Positions 27,593-39,125 of a stretch of DNA of 64,000 nt are shown one piece after another. Both the position numbers and the translations under genes were made by a program. The notes under the pieces were generated by a model. That model did not search any database, had not been told where the DNA came from, and saw only the letters and a program-made list of their open reading frames with translations. The stretch is from Octopus sinensis (lineage: Eukaryota): the NCBI RefSeq assembly GCF_006345805.1, contig NC_042999.1, positions 136,896,001 through 136,960,000 of the forward strand, in the 5' to 3' direction. Every line of letters starts with the position of its first letter. Positions within the stretch are counted from its first letter, which is position 1.

Positions 27593-29469
27593 AAGGATAT
27601 GCTCTCCCCCTCTCTCTCCCCTCTCATACACACACATGCACAATACTTACCTTTTATTAAAAGTTTATTAGATCCTATAAAAATGAATGACCTCTATGTA
27701 GACAAATACGCATAAACATTATTACCACTTTGTAAAATGTAATAAAATATGAATATATATCATTATACCAACAGTTATCATTAAAGTTATGATTATAGTG
27801 AAATGATAATATTGGCGATTAGTTACAAATAATAATTGGTACATTTTCAGTTACTAGAACAATCATTATGGTTATAGTTGTAGGCAAGGATATTGCTATG
27901 GTTATAGTTGTAGACAAGGATATTGCAGTAATAACAGTAGAATAATTGCAAAAAGTGATACTGCATTAACCATTAGTGGAAATAGTTTTGAATAAAATAG
28001 TATTTATTCTAGGTTTAGGAGACTGAGGTTTTGATCATAATACTGCTGATGATCATCATCATCCTCATTATCATTTCCATCATTACTACCTCCGCTACTA
28101 TTACAGCCAGTATTACCATCCTCATCACCAGATCAATTTTTATCATGTTGGCATGGACTGTGCTGCCATACAATACATACACACACACACACACAAACCT
28201 TGGCTGATGAAGTCTACTCCTACTTCCCTAATCAAAATACACACAAAAAAATGCAATTGAATCAGTATAAAAGGAGTTCTTAGGAGGTAGTCAAAATATT
28301 TTATGTAGTAACTTGACCTGTTGGAAATTAAAAAAACACCAAAATAACTCTTCAGTAAAACCCTATCATTTTTTTTTTTTATATTAAAAGAAAGACACCT
28401 TTAGATAATGATTTTAGATATACTTTGATAATATACCAGCTAAAACACCTTTGATCATCAGTCTACTCAATCAGAGCTGAGAAACAAAAGAAACAGTATC
28501 AGCTAACCTGTTTTTCAGTTAACATTTTACTGGATATCACTTTGACTTGAAAGTGGATCAAAAGTCATAGCTGAATATATTTTTATAACAAGTTTATTAC
28601 TTTCTTTATCTATCAACATAATAAACTATAAATGGCTGTTAAATTCAAGAAATTTTATTTCAGATCAGTTATGAAAATCAAGGTTCTTCAAACGGTTGTC
28701 ATTAACTTCTTTGCAATATTTTGTCCTTCCTAGAACATGTTCAATGACTGATGCCTAAATTCATTAATGAATCTGCAATTCCCTGCAAAATAGTTTTTGC
28801 TCTATGACACTTAATTTCAGTTGAAGACTTAAAACAAAATCAACAAGTATTTCTAGCAATGCAGGATACACAAGTTGAAAGACCCAGTTTTTAGTGCTCC
28901 TAATCATGTAACATATAATAATGAATTGGTTGATCAAGACTTTTGAAATCTATTTCATTATTTGCTTCATATTTTGACAGAAAAGTATATTTTTGCCCAA
29001 CAAAGACAATTTAAATCTAAAGGAAGAATAGGGTTAAAAAACCCTCAGTCTTCAATAAAGTGACAGTATTAATATTAAAATCATGTATATCATGATTAAA
29101 ATTCCCTATAATGCTCTACAATGGTTGTGCTACTCTGCTCTAATTTTTTATTCTCAGTTTAGTATTTACAAACATACAGCATTAATAGATTACATTACCT
29201 TACTAACTACTGTTACAGCTTATATCATCAGTTCTCTATATATTCTCATCATTTCTTTACTATCCTGATACTTCCTTGCTGTCATCAGCTATTTATGTCT
29301 TTTCCATGTTCGCACAGTTTTGATAAACCTTATAATTATGGCCTTTGTTATCTCGCACACACACATGCACACACACAGCAACAGAGAAAACAAAGCAACA
29401 TTGTTGCTGTGTATGTTATGTTTGATATAGTTTACTAAGGATTGCTTTTATTATAGCCATAAAGGTCAA

Positions 29470-29565
29470 TAGTTTACTATGGATTGATGCCCTTCCAATC
29501 ACCAACTAAATGACAGCATAAGCTAGAAGCATTTTATGGTACCATCAGCACTAGATAGGTTGCTC
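29470..29565 (-). mobile_element. RTE 3' tail fragment
   Basis: gatgcccttccaatcaccaac...gcattttatggtaccatcagcactag. Confidence 0.55.
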
Positions 29566-30400
29566 CCTCTAACCTACATTGCATTTACTTGTTCCTTCTT
29601 TTGGTGTTCTTTTCTTCCATTCAGTGTTGTTGCTAATCTAGATAGATAGGTTGCCTCCTCTGCAGGTTGTAGCAGAGACTTCATTTCATTCATGGAATTA
29701 GAACAGAATTCTGCTAGGCTATTGAAGGGCTCCAATCCCACCTAAATAGAGAATATGACTTGAGATAGGGTACCATCATTACTCAAGTAAGATTGAACAC
29801 TTAATTATATATGCTAAAGATATAAGGCAAGTGAGCATTGTCTGTATTATGCAAAAAAAATGTAGAGCCTCACAATGGTATTCTGAAGCTGTTTCCATGC
29901 TACTAGAATAAAGGAGTCATTCAGCTTATTATTGGAGAGATTGTGATGGTAGGTGTCTATTTTATGTAGTGAACATTTAATATATTATTGGCATTTGGGC
30001 CTGCATTGTAAAGTTGGGTGATAGAAGCTTGAAGGTCAGCAGGAATAGAAATTTATATCTGTGTGTTTCTATAACAAGGAAACTAAGCAATGGAATAAGT
30101 CAGAATCAGTTTGAAAATAAATTTTTTATCTTAGCTTACAGGTCTTCTCTACTTTTGTTTTGTTTTTTATTGTTTAAGTTTTCAAATCACAGACCTCTGA
30201 AGCCATATCTTTGGCAATTTGCAAAGATGCCAAGACATAGATAGGGAAGAAAGGAATAATGAGAACCTATTATACAAAAGGTTATGTTAAAAAACAGAAT
30301 ATGAAAATTGGTTTTAATTTAAAGTTAACTAATATTATTTAAAAATCTTAATCTGGTAGTCTTGCCTACACTTCTATGTATATATTTAAATGTGTGCTTG

Positions 30401-30545
30401 CAGGTATGGCTGTGAGGTAAGAAGCTTGCTTGCCACTGTCTGGTACCTTGGGCAAGCATTTCCTTCAATAGCCTCGGGCCGGCCAAAGACTTCTGAGTGG
30501 ATTTGATACATGGAAACTAAAAGAAGCCTATGATATTTGTGTGTC
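30401..30545 (+). mobile_element. SINE family 1 fragment
   Basis: ggtatggctgtgaggtaagaagcttgc...ccttgggcaag...gcctcgggccggccaaag...gaaactaaaagaagcc. Confidence 0.85.
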
Positions 30546-30654
30546 TGTGTGTGTGTGTATGTATATATATATATACATATATATATATAAATATATATAT
30601 ATATGTATATAAATATGTATATATGTGTGTGTGAGTGTGTATATATATATATAT

Positions 30655-31030
30655 ATTGTCTTGGGAGACAATGGAGTTGCGCATAAACTAATCCAGTTTG
30701 GTTTTTACACTTCATGTCCTCTCCAGTTTTGTGCAAGCCTGTAGATGTAGGAAAATCTTGGGTAGCCTAATCGTCAGGATTCCTCTCTCGACCTTGCTGA
30801 CGTAGTCCAAAGGAGTGCAGAGCATTATGTTTGTCACCAGCTTGGTTGCAGGAGCTGCCGGAAGAGTGTTGAGTCGAACACTAAACCACCCACGGGGCTC
30901 CACTCTGGATTTCTTTGAAGGTTGTCTCCTTTCTGCAATCCTGGATAGGGGCCCATACAGGGTACTGTTAGACAAAGCCAGCTGAGCCCAGGACTCATGT
31001 CAGGCAGGGTTGACACTCCCAGAAGTAGTG
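30655..31030 (+). mobile_element. RTE-type (BovB/AviRTE-like) 5' UTR segment with no ORF attached
   Basis: gtcttgggagacaatggag...gtccaaaggag...caccagcttggttgcaggagctgccgg...ggggctccactctggat matches motifs I recall from RTE 5' UTRs; GC-rich relative to flanks. Confidence 0.5.
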
Positions 31031-31066
31031 AAGAAAATTGCTACCCACTACCTAAATATATGTATA

Positions 31067-31449
31067 CTAGCAGTATCGCCCGGCGTTGCTCGGGTTGTAA
31101 GGGAAATAACTATATAAGCATTTTTAGAGAGTTATAGCCAAAAAATGCATTAAAAATTGAAAAAAAATTAAGGTAAATATTTTTTAAATCGTTGACACAT
31201 CGTAGATATTTTTAGAGAGTTACTTCCCTTATATAAAAGCGAAAAAAATGCATTAAAATGGAAAAATATGATGGTAAATTTTTTTTAAATCGTAGACTCA
31301 TCGTAGACGCACGCTAATACCCAGAAGGGCTCGATATGAATCACGACTATAAGATACCCGCTTTTGGTTAAACTGCACCGCAAAATGTGGGAGTAGTTAG
31401 GAATCTAAATCGTAGGAGACAGACACACAACTTCACTCTTATATAAAGA
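31067..31449 (-). mobile_element. Non-autonomous Helitron (family H1)
   Basis: On the minus strand: A|TC start, subterminal hairpin cccg-N8-cggg, CTAG|T end; near-identical inverted copy at 63571-63962. Confidence 0.85.
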
Positions 31450-32089
31450 TGCTTTTTTTTTTTCAGTCATAGAGTTAGATTTATGAAGGTCTTCAGTAGA
31501 AAATCCTTCGAATTCTGACTCGCTGCTTGATATAATGAAATTCATATCCATTTTTTGTCAGAATTAAAAATTTTGAAAACACAATAGGAACAAATTTCGG
31601 AAAAAAATCTCCCATAATTCACGGAATTAAAATTACACTTCGATTTTTGTACAAAACTGTAGTTGAAGTGTTTACGAAGTATAATACGTGTTTTCACGAA
31701 TGTACTAAAGAAATTTGCTCTGATATTCTCATTTAAATATGAATAGGTAAATTCGGGCGGCTTGGTAACTATATATAAGTGTCGTCTGTTTATACATAAA
31801 CACTGTTTCATACTGCAATTATATATACATATATCTATATATAATATTATATAATAAAATATATACAGAGTAAAATAAAAACCAATTTACCTTTTCTGTC
31901 CTCCGTGTGTCTTTGCAAATGTGTTGGAATGATAAGTGAGTTGTGTTTTTGCGCCTTTTTTACTAATAACAAACACACACGTGTTTGTATGTAGTTGTAT
32001 ATGTATGTGTATGCGTGTGTGTGAGGAATGACACACACACACTCACGCACGCACACATGTACATCAATGCTTTCGGAGTGATATGTTAA

Positions 32090-32597
32090 AATATTGAGTT
32101 TTCTCGAATTTTGTCTTAATTGGGGGTGAAATTGAAAGAAATATATTATGGCATGAGCGAATGGAGTACTTTGAAAAATCTTAGGTAAATTCTAATTGAA
32201 GAAGTTGTGTGAGGATTAAATGGTTATGTATTTATTTGTTTCTGTTTGCTGTGTTTTTTTATTTTTTGAGTAGTGGTTTAAACACTTTCAGTTTAGTCTT
32301 CCTCAAATCAATCACTCTGTCGCTATTTACTTTCATTTTATTCGTTGCCCACTGTGTGTGTGCGTTTGCGTGTGGTGTAAACCAAACTAAGAAAAGCATT
32401 TGACACACACACCAGAATGTGAGTTTTCTGTAAATTTTGCTTAATTGGAGTTTAAATTTTAAAAACTGGACCTGGCATGACGCAATGCATTGTACTCTTA
32501 AAACTGCTAGGTAAATTGTAATTGAAGAAATCCTATATTGTAGATTTGTATAACTCCCAAAGGGAGGCAGATAAAATCTGCCTTTTATAATAAGAGA
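32090..32597 (-). mobile_element. Possible Helitron-like element (5' end only located), containing a diverged ~110-bp internal repeat
   Basis: Minus strand begins A|TCtcttattataaaaggcagattttatctgcct (7-bp stem aggcaga/tctgcct); no CTAG 3' end found, so the left boundary is uncertain. Confidence 0.35.
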
Positions 32598-33146
32598 TAT
32601 ATTATATAAAATCTGTTCTGTCTGTGTGTGTGTCTTCTAGGATCTCGGGCATCCTCCATCCGATTGTGCTCAAATTTGATATGTAGATACCGACAGTATC
32701 AGGGCGTGTATAAGTCTTTAAAAAATTACAAAAATCGATTCCAGGTGAGAATGCGATCAATAAAGCTGTGGAAACATGCATTTGTACATGCATGTACATC
32801 AGCTGTTGCGATCGATACTACACGTACACAAGAAAAATGCACATGCAGTTTGTGCAAAAAAAGCCGGCTGGTTTGAAATAATGCCACAAAATGCAGTATA
32901 TTTAAGAGACCAAAAATGTAAGATGCAAAAGAGATATTTTCTTCAAACTTGGCATGAAGGAAGGAAAGACTATTTGGTTTCTCCAGAAGTTTTTTTTTTT
33001 GCCTTAACTTCGTTTAACAAAACCAAATATTTTATTGAAATAAAGGCATGCTTAATTATTTTTTAATGAAAAGAAAACACTGATTGCTTTTTATTCAGTG
33101 GATATGATTCAGCACCATCCATTGGACAGGTGGGGCATTTTGCTCA
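32598..33146 (+). mobile_element. Non-autonomous Helitron family H2, copy A
   Basis: 5' ~235 bp shared with copy B (ctaggatctcgggcatcctccatcc...); 3' end cagcaccatccattggacaggtggggcattttgctca. Confidence 0.65.
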
Positions 33147-33552
33147 TCTATTATATAAAATTTGTTCTGTTTGTCTGTGTGTATGTATTCTAGGATCTCG
33201 GGCATCCTCCATCCAATTGTGCTCAAATTTGATATGTAGATACTGACGATATCAGGGCGTGTATAAGTCTTGAAAAAATTACAAAAATCGATTCCAGGTG
33301 AGAATGCGATCGATAAAGCCGTGGGAACCTGCATTTGTACATGCAAGTACATCAGCTGTTGCAATCTATACTATGCATACGCGAGAAAAAGTCTATCTTT
33401 ATTTCTTCTTTTGCTGGTGTCTCAAATTTAGGTTAAATTAGTGTTTCTCAAAGGGGAGGCCTATGGGACGATCGGACAAGTTGTTTTGAGAAAATTTGGT
33501 TTAAATGTTTGACAACTCAGCACCGTCCATTGAACGGGAGGCATTTTGCTTG
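33147..33552 (+). mobile_element. Non-autonomous Helitron family H2, copy B, head-to-tail with A
   Basis: Starts TCtattatataaaa immediately after copy A; ends cagcaccgtccattgaacgggaggcattttgCTTG|T. Confidence 0.65.
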
Positions 33553-34132
33553 TGTATATATATGTATGTATGTATGTATGTGTGTGTGTATGTGTGTATA
33601 TGTATGTATGTGTGTGTATGTATGTATATATATATATATATGTAAGTATTTGTATGTTTGTATGAATGTATATATGTAAGTATTTGTATGAAGAAATGGA
33701 ATAGTCCAGATGGTGGTGTGCACATAACGTTTACCACAGCTTTTACATTAGATTATCTGCTAATTAGCTAGCATTAAGTATCTATATGAAGTTTGGCTGT
33801 ATGTAATGTCTGTTTTCTCGAACAGCCGCTTCTACTGAGTACTGCTGTTGGTTTATTTCTTATACATAAAGGACTATAGCTTCAACTGTGTACTGCTTTT
33901 TGATTCACCGTAAGGTTTGTTGTTATTATTATTACTGTTTAACTATTGTTATCACATTTGTTGGTTCCTCGTAAGGGAAACATTGTTGTGTTGCATTTGT
34001 TAAATAATTGTAAACTGTAACCCTCCCCCTTTGGGAGAAGGAGCTTTGGTTATTGTTTAAAAATTGAATTGTGTTCCTGTTTGGGGAAATTGATAATATT
34101 TTCACCGTTTACACGGAAGCATTTTTGTTAGA

Positions 34133-34660
34133 ATGCCTTCGATAGAAGAAAGTCCAAAAATGAATTTCGCTGCAGCTGTCGGCGAGTGTGAACTCATTAA
34201 AATTAAAATGGAAGAAATACAAACCTATTTCGGATTGATCACCGACAAAGACAGTGAATCTAGGATAACACCACCAAACGAAATAAAAAAATTAAATCAA
34301 AGAAAAGACTATTGTCTATAAAGTATACAATGTAGAGACAAAAAAAAGATTTGAACACCTGGAGGAAAGCACCATCGTAAAGTGTCTTGGTGCGACTATG
34401 AAAGATATCTAACCAGAGGCAGTAAATTTGCCACAATAAAAGCAAGGTTCGAGTCAACGGAGTGTGCAAGGGAGTACTCGACTCGAACCTTGCAAAGCGG
34501 AAATATTTTATTTTCACTTTTATATCTGGGACGTAGGACGACCCAGATAAAAATTTAAAATGTCCCCCCAGAAGTAGAAGTAGGCTGGATTGTAGCCATA
34601 CCTCTATACAAGAGGGAGGACAAGATACAATTGATCGAAATTGCAAGAGACGGGCCTACA
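34133..34660 (+). pseudogene. Frameshifted ORF1-like (gag-like) N-terminus of a LINE, possibly L1/Tx1 group
   Basis: Joined frames read MPSIEESPKMNFAAAV...KTIVYKVYNVETK/KRFEHLEESTIVKCLG...YLTRGSKFATIKARFES...YLGRRTTQIKI*NVPPEVEVGWIV; (R/K)V.NVPPE motif typical of LINE ORF1 RRM. Confidence 0.45.
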
Positions 34661-34801
34661 ATTTCAGTCTGTTATATATTTTGAGTATTGTTATCACTAG
34701 CGATATCAAGTTATAACTTTGTATTTTGTATTTTATGTGTAGATGTATATATATAGATGTACATGTAATATGTACACATATATATACACATATATACATG
34801 C

Positions 34802-34842
34802 ACTAGCACTATGACCCAGCAACGACAGGTCATAATGCTAGT
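34802..34842. mobile_element. 41-bp solo hairpin resembling a Helitron 3' terminus
   Basis: actagcactatgacc-cagcaacgaca-ggtcataatgctagt: near-perfect inverted repeat, both ends CTAG, similar to gcatcgccgggcgatactgctagt of H1. Confidence 0.5.
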
Positions 34843-35094
34843 ATATATATATAATTCTTTGTCTGTCTGTAGTAATTATTGTGGCATTTGCTGTTAAATT
34901 ACCAGTTCCATACACATGCTTCTATTTCATTCATTTGCTTATATTTGGTTAATTTACACTGAATACAAAAATACAGACTACTGTATACATATAAGTAAGA
35001 TGTTATGCCTTATTTTTACAAGTAATTCATTACTACATATTCTCATGGGACTGCATAGGCTCACTTTATGTTTCTTAGTCTACAGCCACACTAG

Positions 35095-35278
35095 CAATCC
35101 AATGTCAAACCTTCGCCTTCTGCAGTTTTGCAAGAGTTCACTTCGTCGTTGCTGTCTCCCATTGCAGCCCATTTCCGGAATGGACCCATTTCTGTACAAT
35201 ATCTCCATTACACCTCCATTCATTTGACTGTCGACCATACGATGGGTCATGTTAGACACAACGCTGACTGCCTCAAAG
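35095..35278 (+). other. Candidate exon in a GC/CpG-rich island (product unknown)
   Basis: Pyrimidine tract plus ag at 35093-35094; open frame QSNVKPSPSAVLQEFTSSLLSPIAAHFRNGPISVQYLHYTSIHLTVDHTMGHVRHNADCLK; AAG|GCGAGT GC-type donor. The in-register antisense frame is also open, so strand is ambiguous. Confidence 0.25.
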
Positions 35279-35576
35279 GCGAGTATATCCGCTAACAGCT
35301 TTTTGGTAGATTCAAAATTTACATACCTTCCCCCCACTCGCAATTTTCCATGATAGGTTAGGGCATGAAATCCTCCAAATGGACGTATTACATGTCACTT
35401 AGTCGAATTAGACCCTCATTTACTCCACAAATGTTTTGTTATCAATGCTGTACTTTCCCATATCACCTGTTTCAACATAATGTAATATACAAGCTATACC
35501 ATTTTAATCCCAAGGAACACTGGGTATCTCTGCCAGTATATATGTGTGTGTATATATATATATATATATATACATA

Positions 35577-35730
35577 TCATCATCATCATCATCATCATCA
35601 TTTAGCGTCCGTTTTCCATGCTAGCATGGGTTGGACGGTTCTACTGGGGTCTGTGAAGCCAGAAGGCTTCATCAGGCCCAGTCAAATCTGGCAGTGTTTC
35701 TACGGCTGGATGCCCTTCCTAACGCCAAAT
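35577..35730 (-). mobile_element. RTE 3' tail fragment with (CAT)n
   Basis: (cat)n tttagcgtccgttttccatgctagcatgggttggacgg...ggatgcccttcctaacgccaa. Confidence 0.85.
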
Positions 35731-35861
35731 GTATGTGTTATATATGTACATATGTATGTGTGTATATATATATATATGTGTGTGTGTACATGTATATATA
35801 TGTATGTGTGTGTGTGTACATGTATATATATGTATGTGTGTGTGTGTACATGTATATATAT

Positions 35862-35903
<42 letters not shown>

Positions 35904-35940
35904 GTGTACATTATACATGTATATATATGTGTGTGTATAT

Positions 35941-36317
35941 CTCTTTTTACAGTTTTATTTGTTTCAGTCATATGACTGTGGCCATGCTGGAGTACCGTCT
36001 TTAGTCGAGCAAATCGATCCCAGGACTTATTCTTTGTAAGGCTAGTACTTATTCTATCGGTCTCTTTTGCCGAACAGCTATGTTATGGGGACGTAAACAC
36101 ACCAGCATCTGTTGTCAAGCGATGTTGGGGGGACAAATACAGACACACAAACATACATATACATATATACAACAAGCTTTTTTCAGTTTCTGTCTGCCAA
36201 ATCCACTCACAAGGCTTTGGTCAGCCCAACATTTGCCCAAGGTGCCACACAGTGGGACTGAACCCGGAACCATGTGGTCCGTAAACAAGCTACTTACCAC
36301 ACAGCCACTCCTACACC

Positions 36318-36319
<2 letters not shown>
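35941..36319 (-). mobile_element. SINE family 1, near full length
   Basis: Reverse complement of 38531-38950 over almost its full length, with a small internal deletion. Confidence 0.9.
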
Positions 36320-36375
<56 letters not shown>

Positions 36376-38530
36376 CACACACATATATACATATGTTTAT
36401 ATATGTGTGTATATATATATATATATATAATGTGTATGTATATATATATGTATAATGTGTGTGTATATATATATAGATAATGTTTGTATGTACCTATACT
36501 GACAATTTGTCATGATATATTTGTTGTTTAGTCATAATATTGCATATGTATAATGTAATATTATTCTTGATATTTACGATTATGTCTTAGTTTATTCTCA
36601 GTACAATATTCCCATATGTTGTTTGTATTTTCATCCACTCTTTTTCAGCTGTAATGTAGCTGGGACTGCAGTATATAATGTGTCCTTATTTGTAAGCAGT
36701 GTTTGTTTTGAAAGAAATTAGTTGTTATTTCTTTCAACCAGAATGACCATGTAGAGACATTCTCATTGATTCAATATTTTCTTCATATGTATTCACAGTG
36801 TATCTTGTCTCTTCAACATTTCACATCCAGCAGATCTAACCTTAAACCACTTGGCCAGTATCCAAACTGAAATTCCAAGATAGTTAGCTATCTCTTTAGA
36901 TATCACACCATTCATGTATTGGTGTATCATGATGCTTTAACTTTTCTGTTGTCGTCAGCTACTGATATTGACATTTACAACTTGTGCACAGTGATATAAC
37001 TACTGTAAATGCTGCACTTGTATGCATATACACACCTATTGCATAGAGTACTCAGATACACACATTTGCTCAAACAGGGGCACACACACACACACACACA
37101 CAAGCGACAGGGACACTCCTATGCAGATACTAATGCAGGGGCACACACTGTGATAGTAACAGAGCTGATCATTGAATTTTTGTTCTTCCTGTCAAACATG
37201 GTTTCCAGTGCTCCTCAGAGTAAATCCAATTAAATATTTAAATTTAGTAAATTAGTTTTGTTTTAACCTGTTTTGTCACTTTGTTATTTTCTTGCCAATT
37301 ATTCTCTCTCTTTGTTCCACTTCTGTTGTTGCTACCATATATTTGTTGTCTTTTATCATCTCAGTCATGTTTCTTGATCACAACTCTTTTATTGCCAGCC
37401 TAACTCTCTCTCTCTCTCTCTCTCTCGTTATTACTATAATGGCAGCTATAATGTCATTGATATCGTTAATGCTGTTGTCACTCTTGTGGTTTAGCACGAG
37501 ACCAGCCCCAGTCGAGTAAACTTATACTCAAAAGTATTCCATGTACAACTATCCCATCTTATTGTCTATCAAACTTCCTTTCTTTAAGACAGATGGGATT
37601 TGAGGTAGATATAGCTTCTAGTTTTGGGAGATTCAGCAACCATGTGGTAGCTGGTTCTTGTTAGTGTTGTGGTTGTTAGTGATATTGTTCAACCTTGATT
37701 CAGGTACCTATGATGAAAAACATTTCAGTATTGACCCTCCTGTCTTTTGTTCCGATACACTGCATCTAAAGTTATGCTATCTATCCAGTGTCTGCTATTT
37801 TTAATATGCAAGACGCACACATCTGCACACACACACACACACATACACTCATTGCTTCCTTACATAACTTCTAGCTAAAATATCAATAGATGAAATATTT
37901 CTGTCAGTTGACTTGAAATCCTTGAAGCTGACAGAGAGTGAAAACAATGCTTATGAGTACTAATGGTTGGTGAGTGGAAGTTTTTCAGTCACTTGGGAAG
38001 ACTTTGGGAAATGGTGCAATCTATCTAATTTGGTTGTGTATGTTTAACAAGTGATCAGTCTCAAATTGTAATTGACTCTTGAGATAAAAGTCAGACAGAC
38101 TAGAAACATAGATTTTTGATTATTTGTGAGATAACTAAGAATAGAGCAAATACAAATCAATTAGTATGTTTACATTTGTAATGAACCTTTATTACAGTAA
38201 CAGTTGTTTTCATAATTAATCCCCAGATCTTTGAAACATTGGACATAAAAGTCTGGTGTTCAATTTCACCTGCAATTGTTTAATTAATTTGGTCATTCCT
38301 TGCAATCTAAAGTACATAGTTTATTGAAACTAATTGCTTTTAACAACATGATGTAAAGTAATTGCTTTATCTGTAGACATAATACTTCCTAGTTATAGAA
38401 TGAAATGGGACTGTGTGACTGAAGAGAGGATGAATATTGATTTTAATGATACAAAATGGTCCTAGCTAGGGGCTCAGACAGATTTATAGATTTCAGAACT
38501 TGTGTGATGAAAATAAAATAATCATATTAT

Positions 38531-38690
38531 AGGCGTAGAAGTGGCTGTGTGGTAAGTAGCTTGCTTACCAACCACATGGTTCTGGGTTCAGTCCCACTGC
38601 GTGGCACCTTGGGCAAGTGTCTTCTACTATAGCCTCAGGCTGAGTGGATTTGGTAGATGGAAACTGAAAGAAGCCCGTCGTATATATGTA

Positions 38691-38743
<53 letters not shown>

Positions 38744-38950
38744 TTGTGTGTCTGTGTTTGTCCCCCCAACATCGCTTGACAACCGATGCTGATGTGTTTA
38801 CATCCCCGTAACTTAGTAGTTAAGCTAAAAAGAGACCGATAGAATATGTACTAGGCTTACAAAGAATAAGCCCTGGGATCGGTTTGCCCGACTAAAGGCA
38901 GTGCTCCAGCATGGCCAAGTCAAATGACTGAAACAAGTAAAAGAGTAAAA
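38531..38950 (+). mobile_element. SINE family 1, full length
   Basis: A-box-like tggctgtgtgg, B-box-like ggttcagtcc, internal (TA/TG)n, tail gtgctccagcatggcc...gactgaaacaagtaaaagag. Confidence 0.9.
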
Positions 38951-38954
38951 TAAT

Positions 38955-39125
38955 AATTTCTAACATGGGCAAGCTTGCAGAAGAGTGCAACTTCAGTATA
39001 CTACTGATACTGTTTCATCATACTATCATGAAAGTTAAAATTGACCTTGGTGAGATTTGAACTCAAAGCGTAAAGGCTTACAACTCAACACTGCAAGATA
39101 TTTTGTTGCTACCCTAACCATTCTA
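38955..39125 (-). mobile_element. Decayed SINE family 2
   Basis: gaaagttaaaattgaccttggtgagatttgaactcaaagcgtaaagg. Confidence 0.55.

Noticed and set aside
27651-27674. Minus-strand AAG|GTAAGT donor with a 24-nt AT-rich mini-exon
   Set aside because: Only one frame is open, composition is intron-like, and the match is expected by chance
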